Source of the DNA: Naegleria gruberi
Taxonomy: Eukaryota
Assembly (NCBI GenBank): GCA_000004985.1
Contig: GG738867.1
Direction: 5' to 3' (one strand)
DNA: 64,000 nucleotides
Made by a program: the position numbers and the translations under genes. Positions 42,958 to 53,643 of this stretch are shown here, piece by piece (the first letter of the stretch is position 1; every line of letters begins with the position of its first letter). Under the pieces are notes generated by a model. That model saw only the letters and a program-made list of their open reading frames with translations, was not told the origin of the DNA and did not search any database.

Positions 42958-43704
42958 ATGACTAATATTACATCAAAACAAGTTCCTTGTGTTCTTTGTG
43001 GAAAATTTACAGCACAAGACATTCTCTTATCAACCAATAGTAGTGGAGGCTCGGATTTGGATCTTCGTCCACCTCCAATGAAAAGAGATACAATGAGTAC
43101 ATGGCTTCAAAGATGTGATCATTGTGGATTTGTTTCCTATGATATTAGTGTATTGCCTGAGACTGATGTAGAAAATCAACCAGAATCTCTTTCTGCTGAA
43201 TTGGTAAAATCAATTATTGAATCGGATGATTATGTTGAACAATTCCATTGCAAGAGTTATCCTCGATTGGCTAATACATTCCTCTGTTATGCAATGTTGC
43301 AAGAGAGAGGATTTAAGAGTATTCCAGCTTGTGGATGGGCTTGTTTACGTGCTGGTTGGGTTTGTGATGATGGTGTTAAACATGATAAAATCAATGAGGA
43401 AAAGCACAAGGCTAATGCTATTCAATGTAGAAAGAAGGCCATTCAATGGTTTGAAAAATGCAGATCGATTGGAAAACCATTCGTTCAACAAAATGGTTCT
43501 GAGGAATTAATTTTAATGGATTTATTCAGAAGGTGTTACATGTTTGAGGATGCTTTGAAGGAATTTACACGTGCTGAAGGTAATAAGAAATATATTGATG
43601 AATTTGTTTGGAAATTGCTTGAATTTGAAAACCTTCTTGTTGAACAAAAGGATGTGGATTGCTACAAAGTCTCCGATGCACAAATTTGTTTCAAAAAGGA
43701 TTAA
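42958..43704 (+). CDS. Hypothetical protein with N-terminal C4 zinc-ribbon (CxxC...CxxC), 248 aa. It resembles bacterial DUF2225-type proteins
   Basis: The first Cys pair VPCVLCGKF and the second RCDHCGF lie about 45 aa apart. A helical C-terminal region follows. Confidence 0.45.
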   Translation: MTNITSKQVPCVLCGKFTAQDILLSTNSSGGSDLDLRPPPMKRDTMSTWLQRCDHCGFVSYDISVLPETDVENQPESLSAELVKSIIESDDYVEQFHCKSYPRLANTFLCYAMLQERGFKSIPACGWACLRAGWVCDDGVKHDKINEEKHKANAIQCRKKAIQWFEKCRSIGKPFVQQNGSEELILMDLFRRCYMFEDALKEFTRAEGNKKYIDEFVWKLLEFENLLVEQKDVDCYKVSDAQICFKKD

Positions 43705-43741
43705 ATTGTATTTTAATAATTCTTTTACATGACCTAGAGTT

Positions 43742-46327
43742 TTACTTTTCATCCATACGCAAACAACCATCCCAAACAGTACCAGTTTCGATAAGGTTTT
43801 TACAAAAGTCAATCTTTTGCATAACAAGATTATCCTTCCATGTAATATGTTCAAAGAATGCAAGACCTGCAAGAGGATCACATTTTTCAAGCAATTCATC
43901 AATGCCACTGCAATACAGTGACAAGTCCTTTTCGAAAAATGTTTCAATTTGCTTGTTAGGAATGTCACAGCGATCGAGAACAGAGTAGCATGGCAAGTAA
44001 GTGTCCTTTCCTTTCACTGCAACATTATCAACTTTTCTGAATATCATTTCATCTACAGAGATTTCATCAATGTTCAAACTCTTGAACAATCCCAAATTAC
44101 GTTGCTCTGATTTGGAAATGTGTTGCTCTCTACCTTCTTGTTCTAACATTTGGAATTGGGTGACTGTTTGGTACATTGTCTCTGTGACAAGGATTTCAGT
44201 ACCATATCTCTTATTGAGACTTTCTAATCTTGATGTGGTATTAACAACATCTCCTAGAATGGTATATTGGAAACGAGAATTACTTCCAAAATTACCTCTC
44301 TTAACAGGACCACAATTCAGACCAATACGACATTCTAATTGAGGTAATCCTTCACGTTCCCAAATTTTCCACATTGATTTGAGGTATCTAACACTTGCAA
44401 GAGAAACTTGACAAGCAATTTTAATTTGCTTTTGTAAGCCTCCATATTGACATTCATAGAACTGTATATTTTTCAAATATTATTATTTCTGCTTTAATAC
44501 TTACAGACACTTGCAAATGTAAATAATCCACTGAATGAAGTAATAATACTTACTGACACAATCGCCAATATATTTGTCCAGAATTCCTCCACCATCTAAT
44601 ACCAAACTGGTGAGACCTTCAAATGCATCTGACATGACTCTTACTAACTGGTTTGGTGTCAACTTTTCACTGTATGAAGTAAAGTTCTTAATATCAAGGA
44701 ATGAAACAACACATAGAATATCTTCAAGACCTAGCACTGCAGTCTTTCTGTTGGTCATCAACTCTTGGGATACACAAGTTGGAACGTATTTAGTGAAACT
44801 GGTAATGTTACAGTGAATGCCTCTAAAGTTTTCAGCAAGATCAGCAATTTCTTTATAGCTGCTTTTGATGGCCATAGATTGATTCACTCCATCTGAGTTT
44901 AATTTTAAGGTTCTTACATCTCGGAAACTATCAGTCAACTGTCTAATGGTTCTCATAAAGCACCTATCCACAATCATCAAAGAAGTGATAGCAGCCACAA
45001 TAGTACCAATTGGTACGAGCATTACAAGAATGGCCATGAATCCTGTGCTGCTGTTATCTTCATAACTTTTAACCATTATCAAATTCCAAAAACCATCATA
45101 GACACTATTTTGAAGGGAGAAACCTGAAGATACCAATGAAGAACTGGCCAAATCTACTCTTACCACAGCTCCTGTAAAGGTTGAAATGAAAGAAGAATCA
45201 ATCTTGTATGAATTAGGTGAGGTTGTGGTTATCAGTGGATTGTTATTCTTAACAAGAACGAATCCATATTGAGGATCTGATGTTAACAATGTTCTAATGT
45301 AGTCCTCACTCAAAATATAACCAATGCATCCATATGACTCATTATTTGAATTGTACAGTCTTTTGGATATGGCTCCAATGTTAGAGGAAACTACAGGCTC
45401 TATAATTGTTGTTGGAGAAATAATCTTCATCTCTAATGTTGACTCTGAACATAATTGAGCAAGTATTGGTTTTGTGACAATGAGGGAACTGAGCGAGGTA
45501 TTTACAGATGGCAGGCTAGTCAGTTTTTTTTCAATGAGATAGTTCTTAGCATCAGCAATACCAATCTCTTGAGAGAGTTTCTCCTTGTCAGATAATGATT
45601 GAATTATTGTTTGGAAATTGATAGTACTTGATGAAAGAGTCTTGGTAGCAATCAAATCATGAGATGAATCATATGAAATGAAAATTCCTCCAATTTCATG
45701 CCCTAGAACAATATTCTTTTGTAATAATAAGTTTCTTATCAATTCAACTTGGGAATAGGAAGAAAGAGATTGAGATATGGAGTGAATTTTCAATTGTGAG
45801 ATTAAATCTTCCAAATCTCTTGATAGGCTATTTACAACATACTGGAGAGCTCTACCAGTTTGAACATTTTGACTAGACATGAATGAATTTGTAGAATTGG
45901 CTGAGAGTTGAAAATGTACACCTAGACAAACAACCCACACAATGAGAGTTGTTAGAAATACAAGCGAAACGCTTAGACATGTAACTGTGAGTGGAATGCT
46001 ACAAAATCCCTTTCGTTGCTTCTTCTTAGCTCGGATGGATTCCAATTCAATAGGTCGAACACCAGGACTTGCAATAAAGCTCTTGGAAGAAACGAGCCCT
46101 CTTCCCATTGGACCGCCATTACTCACCCTCTTTAAACGAGCAGAAGGCTTTACCGAAGAATTCAACCCTCCCGAGACTGAATATATCGATTGCACACTTC
46201 TTCTCATGGAAGTCACAGAGTTGGTTAGTACTTGATGTAAGGATGGTGTAGGGCTTCCAATCACTTCAATATTCTTCATGGAAAGCGTCTCTTCATCATG
46301 AAGGGTTCTTGATGAGTTAGTAGACAT
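43742..46327 (-). CDS. Receptor-type class III adenylate/guanylate cyclase (TM, extracellular domain, TM, cyclase), 2 exons (46327..44558, 44461..43742)
   Basis: The real ATG is the fourth codon of ORF 44501-46336; that ORF starts at TTG. TM1 is [27 protein letters not shown] luminal region of about 300 aa follows, then TM2 [23 protein letters not shown]. The cyclase core reads [39 protein letters not shown]...KYIGDC. A 96-nt intron in phase follows (acceptor ATACAG ends at 44462). The second exon continues FYECQYGG...[39 protein letters not shown]. Donor choice is uncertain, between TGT|GTCAGT and A|GTAAGT. Confidence 0.65.
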
Positions 46328-46519
46328 ATTGTACAATTAAGGCTAGGAAATATTATGAAGGTATAATGATAACTATTAAAAATCACACACAATACTATTA
46401 GTATAATTAGTAGCGAATGTAATGAACAAGATGAAAATAAGAAACCCAAGTTCTTATTGTTATATTATTACTCACAATAGAAAGTCAGTTTCCTCTTCCA
46501 GAACAAAATACCAACCGAC

Positions 46520-46640
46520 GACGACCGTTTTAAATTGCTGCTGTTGCTGCTGATAAAAGCAAGATAATCGTGTTGCGTTTGCGAGCTATTGATTGCGTGC
46601 GTTTTTTTTAAGGTTGAGGAGCGCAATTATGAGTTCTTCT
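46520..46640. other. GC/CpG-enriched intergenic element ending in T8. It is a candidate ncRNA or regulatory island
   Basis: ccaaccgacgacgaccgttttaaattgctgctgttgctgctgataaaagcaagataatcgtgttgcgtttgcgagctattgattgcgtgcgTTTTTTTT is CpG-dense, unlike the surrounding AT-rich spacer. It lies in the 1.1-kb gap between two minus-strand genes. Confidence 0.15.
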
Positions 46641-47494
46641 CTTCGCCTTAATAGGAGCGTATTTTAGGAAATAGTGCCTTTATTTGGCGTAATCCGTATA
46701 CGATTAATAGTCTTCAGTTCATTTCTTTCTTGGTATTAAGATTTAATACATGTTGTATTCACTTGGACCAAAAGCTTGTATTGAAAATCAATATGAGAGG
46801 ATGGCACCATTCATTACATTGGTTATGGAATAAAATATGAATATTAACGTAAAAAGCTTCTTCGACCAACTTGTCTTTGAATTACGAAATACTTTTGGGT
46901 CACCAATTGACAGTGGAAGTTTGCTCTAAAAACATTTACCACCTTGATACTTGTATTCCTTATTTCAATATATGTGAAATTATTAGAAGTTTCTAAGATA
47001 CTGATAATAATCTCAACTTTTCATACTGCAAACTATTGTAATATCATCTCGTTTGGAGCTTTTATCTCGCAAAATTCCATTTTCTTCTGCTTGTTCCATA
47101 AATGGTGTTGTAACAGATTGATCATTATGTGATTTCATAATTCTTCTTGTATGATTGCATAGTTCAATACACAAACCTGCCATATTATCTTGATATTATC
47201 ATAATATTCGAATCTCCTAAATTACAAACTCTCATCTCTTTTTCAGTCAATTGAGCACAAACAAACAGTTGTACTTCCCTTCTCAACTAACTTTTCTTCA
47301 ACCATCCATTCAAGCAATAGATGCCAAAAAGGCTGTAGTTTCTTCTCCTTTGATCGATTCAGGGAGAAAACCAATAGTTTAGTCGAATATAATGAATTGT
47401 GCTTGCGTAGATTCATGCCCATTTTCATGAAATGGTAAAGAGCTGATGTATAAAAAATGCAATCCTAACCTAAACTTATTTAATTAGTATCCAA

Positions 47495-50090
47495 TCATTT
47501 AAGTAATAACTTTAATTTTCTAATTTCTTCCTCAAGTTCCTTGATTCTCATATTTTCCTTTTTAAGTTCCTTATTTTCTTGTTTTAATTTTTCATTTTCC
47601 TCGACTATTTGAGGAATCTCCTTCAGTTCAGATATTTCACTATACTTATCTTCCATTTCCTTTTGAATTAATTCAATACTTTCTGAACTATTATCTTTCA
47701 AATAATTAATAACTCTTAAAAGGATTGTTCTGTGAGTGTAGCACATCAATCTCTTATTGGGATCTTGTTGAATCATGGTAATTAAGCATCGTGTTAAGAT
47801 TGTATTCACACCAAAATTAGGATCTATATATTGATCAATTGTTTTTTGGATGGCGTGGTGTAATTTCTTTTCTCTCAATAACTCCGTCAATACTGTATGA
47901 AAATAAACACCATCCCACACAAAATATCGATACTGCTCGGCATATTTCTGTACATTCGCATCTTGTAAAAACTTTTTATCCAACATTAATGAACTATTTG
48001 TCAATAATTTCAGTAAAATACATCCCATTGAGAAAATATCACTCATAGTTGAAATATTCCCAATATTTTGAACAAGTTTGCCATCATCGAGTAATTCCTC
48101 TCTATAACTGGCTTGAGAGACTTCAGGAGACATGTAACTTAACTTTCCAATAGTCAATGTGATAGATTTTCCAGTCTTGGCCACTTTTGCGATGTCAAAG
48201 TCAATAATTTTGTATTGATCTGAAACTTTGACAATATTCTTTGGATCTAAATCTCGGTGAATAATATTATGGTCATGAATGGTTTGCACCGAGTAGAGTA
48301 TTTTTGTGAATATTGTTAATATTTCAATTAAATAATCTTTGGTAATAGACTTTTGTGTATAAACCTCACTATTTCTATTAATGTAATCAGACAAAGATTC
48401 CTCTCCTATTTCCATAACTGTATATAGATGATTACTAATTTGATTAGCTTCATAACATTTAATTTTACCCTCAATATCACTTTTAAGAAAGTTGATTCTC
48501 TCTTGGGCAGGAGCTACGTCTAAATATTCATAACTAATTTTAAAAGCAACATATTGATTAGTCTCCTTATTGAAAGCTTTAAATACAACTCCTTCAGCTC
48601 CATATCCTAAAACTGATACCAGCTCATAAACAATATTTTTTTGGTCTTTTGAGTAATTGTAATAATCTTTGATTATTCGAATGATTTTTAAATATTCATT
48701 ACTACATTCGTTATATTTGGCTATTAACTCTCTAGGGTTATCAAAAATAGTCAAATCTGATGTCCACTCTTCATAAAAATGTAATATTGGTTCAACCTCT
48801 TTATCTGAATAATATACTTCAAATTTAGAGGCAATATCATCAACAACACTCTTAATATTTGAAAAATAGGTTGAGTTCAATTTTGATTGATATTCTTCAA
48901 AAAACTTATATAATTTAAAGCAAAATAAATAGTAATCAAAAGTCTTGAATATGTGGGGTTTAGAAGATGGATTAATTGAGCTGATATTTTTCAATATTTG
49001 AATAATGATTAACTTTTCAATAAACTTTGGAGAATAATTAGATCTAAAATTAAGAAAGTTTGGTTTCTCATTTGGAAATATGTCTTTAAAGAACAAATAA
49101 CAGAATAGATCATTTTCCTCACAGAATTTCTTGTTATAATATTCAACAATACCTTTGGATAGTTTTTGATTAATAGAATTGGTATCAACTTTCTTGAGGA
49201 ATTTGTATTTAGCGGTTTTAGATGAATACTTGTTGGGTAGTGAGCTGATGATCTTCATATCTTTTTTCAATGATTCATCTGCATATTCGAGTACATATCC
49301 ATCTTGTTTAACAGCTTTCAATATAAATTCTCTATCTTTTTTAAATGATTCATCTGCATATTCAAATGCTCTTCCATGTTGTTTAACAGCTTCCAATATA
49401 AATTCTCTATCTTTTTTAAATGATTCATCTGCATATTCAAGTGTATATCCATCTTGTTTAACAGCTTCCAATATAAATTTTCTATCTTTTTTCAATGATT
49501 CATCTGCATATTCAACATATTTCCATTTTGTTTAACAGCTTCCAATATAATTTCTCTATCTTTTTTCAATGATTCATCTGCATATTCAAATGTACTTCCA
49601 TTTTGTTTAACAGCTTCCAATACAATTTCTCTATCTTTTTTCAATGATTCATCTGCATATTCAAGTGCATATCCATTTTGTTTAACAGCTTTCAATACAA
49701 TTTCTCTATCTTTTTTCAATGATTCATCTGCATATTCAAGTGTATATCCATTTTGTTTAACAGCTTTCAATACAATTTCTCTATCTTTTTTCAATGATTC
49801 ATCTGCATATTCAAGTGCATATCCATATTGTTTAACAGCTTTCAATATAAATTCTCTATCTTTTTTCAATGATTCATCTGCATATTCAAATGCTATATCC
49901 ATCTTGTTTAACAGCTTTCAATATAAATTCTCTATCTTTTTTCAATGATTCATTTGCATATTTAAGTGCATATCCACCATTTTGTTTAACAGCTTCCAAT
50001 ACAATTTCTCTATCTTTTTTAAATGATTCATCTGCATAGTAAAATGCTAATCCATTTTTTTAAACAGCTTCCAATACAGACTGACGAGTA
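47495..50090 (-). CDS. Paralogous atypical protein kinase with DUF4116-like repeat array. The kinase core is intact (ORF 47495-49495). The N-terminal repeat array is frame-disrupted
   Basis: The kinase core shows LGYGAEGVVFK, VAFK, HRDLDPKN, DFD and YMSPE, plus a C-terminal coiled-coil KELKKENMRIKELEEEIRKLK. Upstream repeats KKDREFILEAVKQ(D/H)G..LEYADES continue into ORF 49492-49902 and beyond. At least two frame changes occur, near 49495 and 49900-50060. Confidence 0.55.
49180..50080 (-). repeat. Tandem 75-nt coding repeats (about 11-12 copies) of the DUF4116-like unit, with frame-breaking indels
   Basis: Near-identical tctatcttttttcaatgattcatctgcatattcaagtg(c/t)atatccattttgtttaacagct(t/c)tcaatacaatttc units. 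Some copies carry 1-nt length differences. Confidence 0.75.
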
Positions 50091-50509
50091 TTCAAAACCA
50101 TTTCTTCCAGACAATGTGTGACAAGCTTCTGCTTCAATCAATATTTTTTTGAATTTTCAAACGTGATGGCGATAAAATTTTGATGACCACAAGCCTACAA
50201 ACTCCTCAACATTCTTTTTAATTTTTTATCGAAAGAAAAGAAGGAAGGAATACAAAGTTGTGATTCTCACTCCAGGAATTACCAAGAATTAATACACTAT
50301 TGGATGAAAGGAAAAAACAGAAAATTCTCTTGCTAATCATTTCCCTACCACAGAATTCTTTGTCCTGTGCAGTTCGTTGTTCCATCACAGAAGCAAATAA
50401 AAGGCAGAAAATTATGAAAAAAATGCAAACAACAACTTGAAAATATTTTGATAGGAAGAATTTGCACTTGGTGCGAAAAGATAAGACAATAAGAAGAGCT
50501 GAATAGAAA

Positions 50510-53056
50510 ATGTTTAATTTTAATAGAAATAACAATACTAGTAATAATGCTGGTAATTCATTTTCGACAACATCATCATGGATGAGTAATAGTACATCAT
50601 CATCGTCAAATGGTGTAGGAAGTGTAGGAGGTTTTACTTTTAATACCAACAAGCCAAACACCAACACCACTACTGGAACTTCTTCTCTGGGATTCGCAAC
50701 AAATTCCTTCTCTACTAATAATAATACCAGTGGTGCTTCCACCAATGGATTTACTTTTAATACTTCTGGTAATAACAACACAAATAATACTATGTTTCCT
50801 AATAATAATAATACATTGGGAAGTGGTGCTTCTATTGGTAACAGCATGTTCTCTACTGTTGCTACTACTACTAATAATAATAACAATAATAGCATGTTCA
50901 ATACCAATCCATTCACCACCACTAATAACAACACCAACAGCATTACCACGAATAATAATAACACTACAATTCCTTCGTCATCATTTGCTGCCAATAGTAA
51001 TCCGTTCACTTTTAATTCTTCAGCAACAAGTGGTTTTCCATCATTCTCCAATAATAACAACAACAATACTCTGAATAACAACAATGGTAAATTAACATCT
51101 TTCCCTTCCTTTGTACCAACACCTTTCACTACTACCTCTGGAGAAAAGGTTAAATACTACAGCTTGACCAAGATGGATCACTACAAGAATAAGTCATTCG
51201 AGGAATGTAGACACGATTATTTAAGTGCTCAAAAGAATGGTACTCTTCCACAAACAACATTATCAACCTCCACAACAGCAACTACTGGAACTAATTGGTT
51301 GAATTCTAGTACCAACAATACTACTACTGCCAATAACACTAATAATTCCACATGGTCAATGCCATCAATTTCAACAAATAATTCTGTAAATAATTCCAAC
51401 CCTGCATTCAATTTTGGATTGAATAGTTCTACCAATAATAACAGTAATACACTTGGTAGTAATAATAGTCTCGGAAGTGGATGGTTGTCAAATAGCAATA
51501 ATAATAATACCAGCTCAATGTTTAATAACAACACAAATAACAATACCACTGGTAATAATATGTTTGCAAGTGGTAATAATTCATTGATGGGAAATAACAC
51601 TGCTACCAATACTACAAACAATAATAGCATGTTCTCTTCTGGTTTCAACCCAACAGCAACAAGTGGAACATCCAATTTTAATTTTAGTAATGGTACTAGT
51701 GGAACAGCAACTAATAATTCCACATTCACTTTTCCTTCAACAGCCAATTCCAACACAGCCCAACCATCCATGCTCAATCTTGGCAATTCTACAAATAATA
51801 ATAACAATACTTCCAGCATGTTCAATCTTGCTACTTCTACTAATAATACTTCGAGTCAACCTTCTCAACCATTCACTTGGAATGTATCATCAAGCAATTT
51901 GACATCTAGCAATCCTACAACAAACTTTATGTCATCTTCCTTCCAACCTTCAACAACCAGTGGATCTAATTTCAATTTTACGAATACAATGACTGGAGCT
52001 AATTCAATTACTAACAATATGATGTCAACAGCAACTGCTCCAATTAATACAGATGCAACATTACTTTCTGTATTGAATCAACCATATGGTGAAAATTCTC
52101 TCTATGATGAAAAGTATCAACCATCATGTGGTGTGTTCAAGTTGGATACTGAGGATGAATCAACAAAAGATGATACCACCACAAAGGAATCTACTTCAAA
52201 CTTTGTTTCTAGACCAAGATTGGGAAAGGTCAAAAGGTCAACTCTCGCAGAAAAACTCACACTCATCAATACTCAAGCACAAATTGAGGAAAAGAAACAA
52301 ACACAAGAAAATTTATTTGATGATCTTGCATTTAGACACAAGAATAGCTTGAAGGAGTTGACCATCTTTCCAAACAATGTCTTTAAGAAGTATGAAAAGC
52401 CAATTGATCATTCTGTTGAAGATAGAGTCATTGTTAATGAAGAAAGAATCAGTAATACAATTGTTGTCAAGACAACATCACATCAATCGCAACAACGTAG
52501 AGCCTCTCCTCCATCAAATACTGATCTCGTAAAGCCAAAACCAATCAAGGGAATGATTTTCCAAGATGCTGTAGAACTCCATACAAAGAAGGAACAAGTA
52601 ACAGTTCCAAAATTCTTGCCAAAGCTTACCAAGGAAGGATATTACACAATTCCTTCAATGAAAGAATTAAGCATGATGAGCACTGCTGATTTGAAACATT
52701 GCAGAAACTTTACTGTTGGAAGATATGGCTATGGAGAAATTCAAGTATTGGGAAATCTTGATTTAACAAAGGGACTTGATTTGGATCGTATTATTTGTGA
52801 AATTGAACAACATCACGTTGACTTGTACAGTAATCACTCACCAAATGAAAAGCCACCTGTTGGATCTGAATTGAATAGACCTTGCATTATTACTCTCTTC
52901 AATGTTCATCCATCACAAAACAACAAGTCAACATCAACACCACATGAAAAGATTACTCAATTCCAAGCCAAACTTAAGAAGGCAAACCAAAAGACTGGAA
53001 GTGAATTTATCAATTATTCTAATGGTGAATGGATTTTCAAGGTTAGCCATTTCTAA
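50510..53056 (+). CDS. Nup98/Nup116-type FG-repeat nucleoporin with C-terminal autoproteolytic (peptidase S59) domain, 848 aa
   Basis: The N-terminal two-thirds are N/T/S-rich FG and xFxFG repeats (MFNTNPFTT, FTFNS, SMFSSGF...). The C-terminus reads LTKEGYYTIPSMKELSMMSTADLKHCRNFTVGRYGYGEIQVLGNLDLTKGLDLDRIICEIEQHHV and ends ...EWIFKVSHF-stop. That matches the Nup98 autoproteolytic domain, which cleaves after HF. Confidence 0.8.
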   Translation: MFNFNRNNNTSNNAGNSFSTTSSWMSNSTSSSSNGVGSVGGFTFNTNKPNTNTTTGTSSLGFATNSFSTNNNTSGASTNGFTFNTSGNNNTNNTMFPNNNNTLGSGASIGNSMFSTVATTTNNNNNNSMFNTNPFTTTNNNTNSITTNNNNTTIPSSSFAANSNPFTFNSSATSGFPSFSNNNNNNTLNNNNGKLTSFPSFVPTPFTTTSGEKVKYYSLTKMDHYKNKSFEECRHDYLSAQKNGTLPQTTLSTSTTATTGTNWLNSSTNNTTTANNTNNSTWSMPSISTNNSVNNSNPAFNFGLNSSTNNNSNTLGSNNSLGSGWLSNSNNNNTSSMFNNNTNNNTTGNNMFASGNNSLMGNNTATNTTNNNSMFSSGFNPTATSGTSNFNFSNGTSGTATNNSTFTFPSTANSNTAQPSMLNLGNSTNNNNNTSSMFNLATSTNNTSSQPSQPFTWNVSSSNLTSSNPTTNFMSSSFQPSTTSGSNFNFTNTMTGANSITNNMMSTATAPINTDATLLSVLNQPYGENSLYDEKYQPSCGVFKLDTEDESTKDDTTTKESTSNFVSRPRLGKVKRSTLAEKLTLINTQAQIEEKKQTQENLFDDLAFRHKNSLKELTIFPNNVFKKYEKPIDHSVEDRVIVNEERISNTIVVKTTSHQSQQRRASPPSNTDLVKPKPIKGMIFQDAVELHTKKEQVTVPKFLPKLTKEGYYTIPSMKELSMMSTADLKHCRNFTVGRYGYGEIQVLGNLDLTKGLDLDRIICEIEQHHVDLYSNHSPNEKPPVGSELNRPCIITLFNVHPSQNNKSTSTPHEKITQFQAKLKKANQKTGSEFINYSNGEWIFKVSHF

Positions 53057-53643
53057 TAAATATAACCATCTCACTTTCATGATATCAAATATTCGATTAT
53101 TCTTCTTTTATCCAATTCAATTTCATTCTTCATTTCTATTACCAAAAATCGAATCATTGTAAAACTTTAATATTTTAAAAGGTCATCAATGTGTTATACA
53201 ACATCCCTGAATGGTGTAAGATTAGACAATTTATTGTGCATTCTCTTAATATTATTGTGTATTGTGGATGATTACAAAAATTCGGGCTTTCTCCAATTTG
53301 ACCTCACCTGACCATTTTTACAGTCATAAAGCCGATTCTGAACGAAACTGTTTGAACAGTTGGCTCTCAATATTCGAAACCGGTTCAGCGACTTGGTTAT
53401 TGAATTTACCTTTCATTCTAAAGAAAAAAGCAAAGTTTATCTGGTAACACATTTTGCAGTTTCGTCTCCTCTTGCAAACGCTTTTAATTGTTGTTATTGT
53501 TTAGAATATTTTCATTAATTCTAAATAATATTCAGAAGAAATATCTTCCGCCTCTTCATATTCTCTCATAGCACTATCTGGAAAGCATTTTATGAGATCC
53601 TCTTCAAACAAAACCAAAATACGAAACTAAACGAAACAACAAA

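Noticed and set aside
50218-51825. Long minus-strand ORFs (50218-51129, 51229-51825) and + ORF 50730-51074 rich in L, V, I, N
   Set aside because: They are antisense or alternate-frame readings of the AAT/AAC/ACT-rich FG-repeat region of the Nup98-like gene. They are pure low complexity with no motifs, and they overlap a strongly supported + strand CDS.
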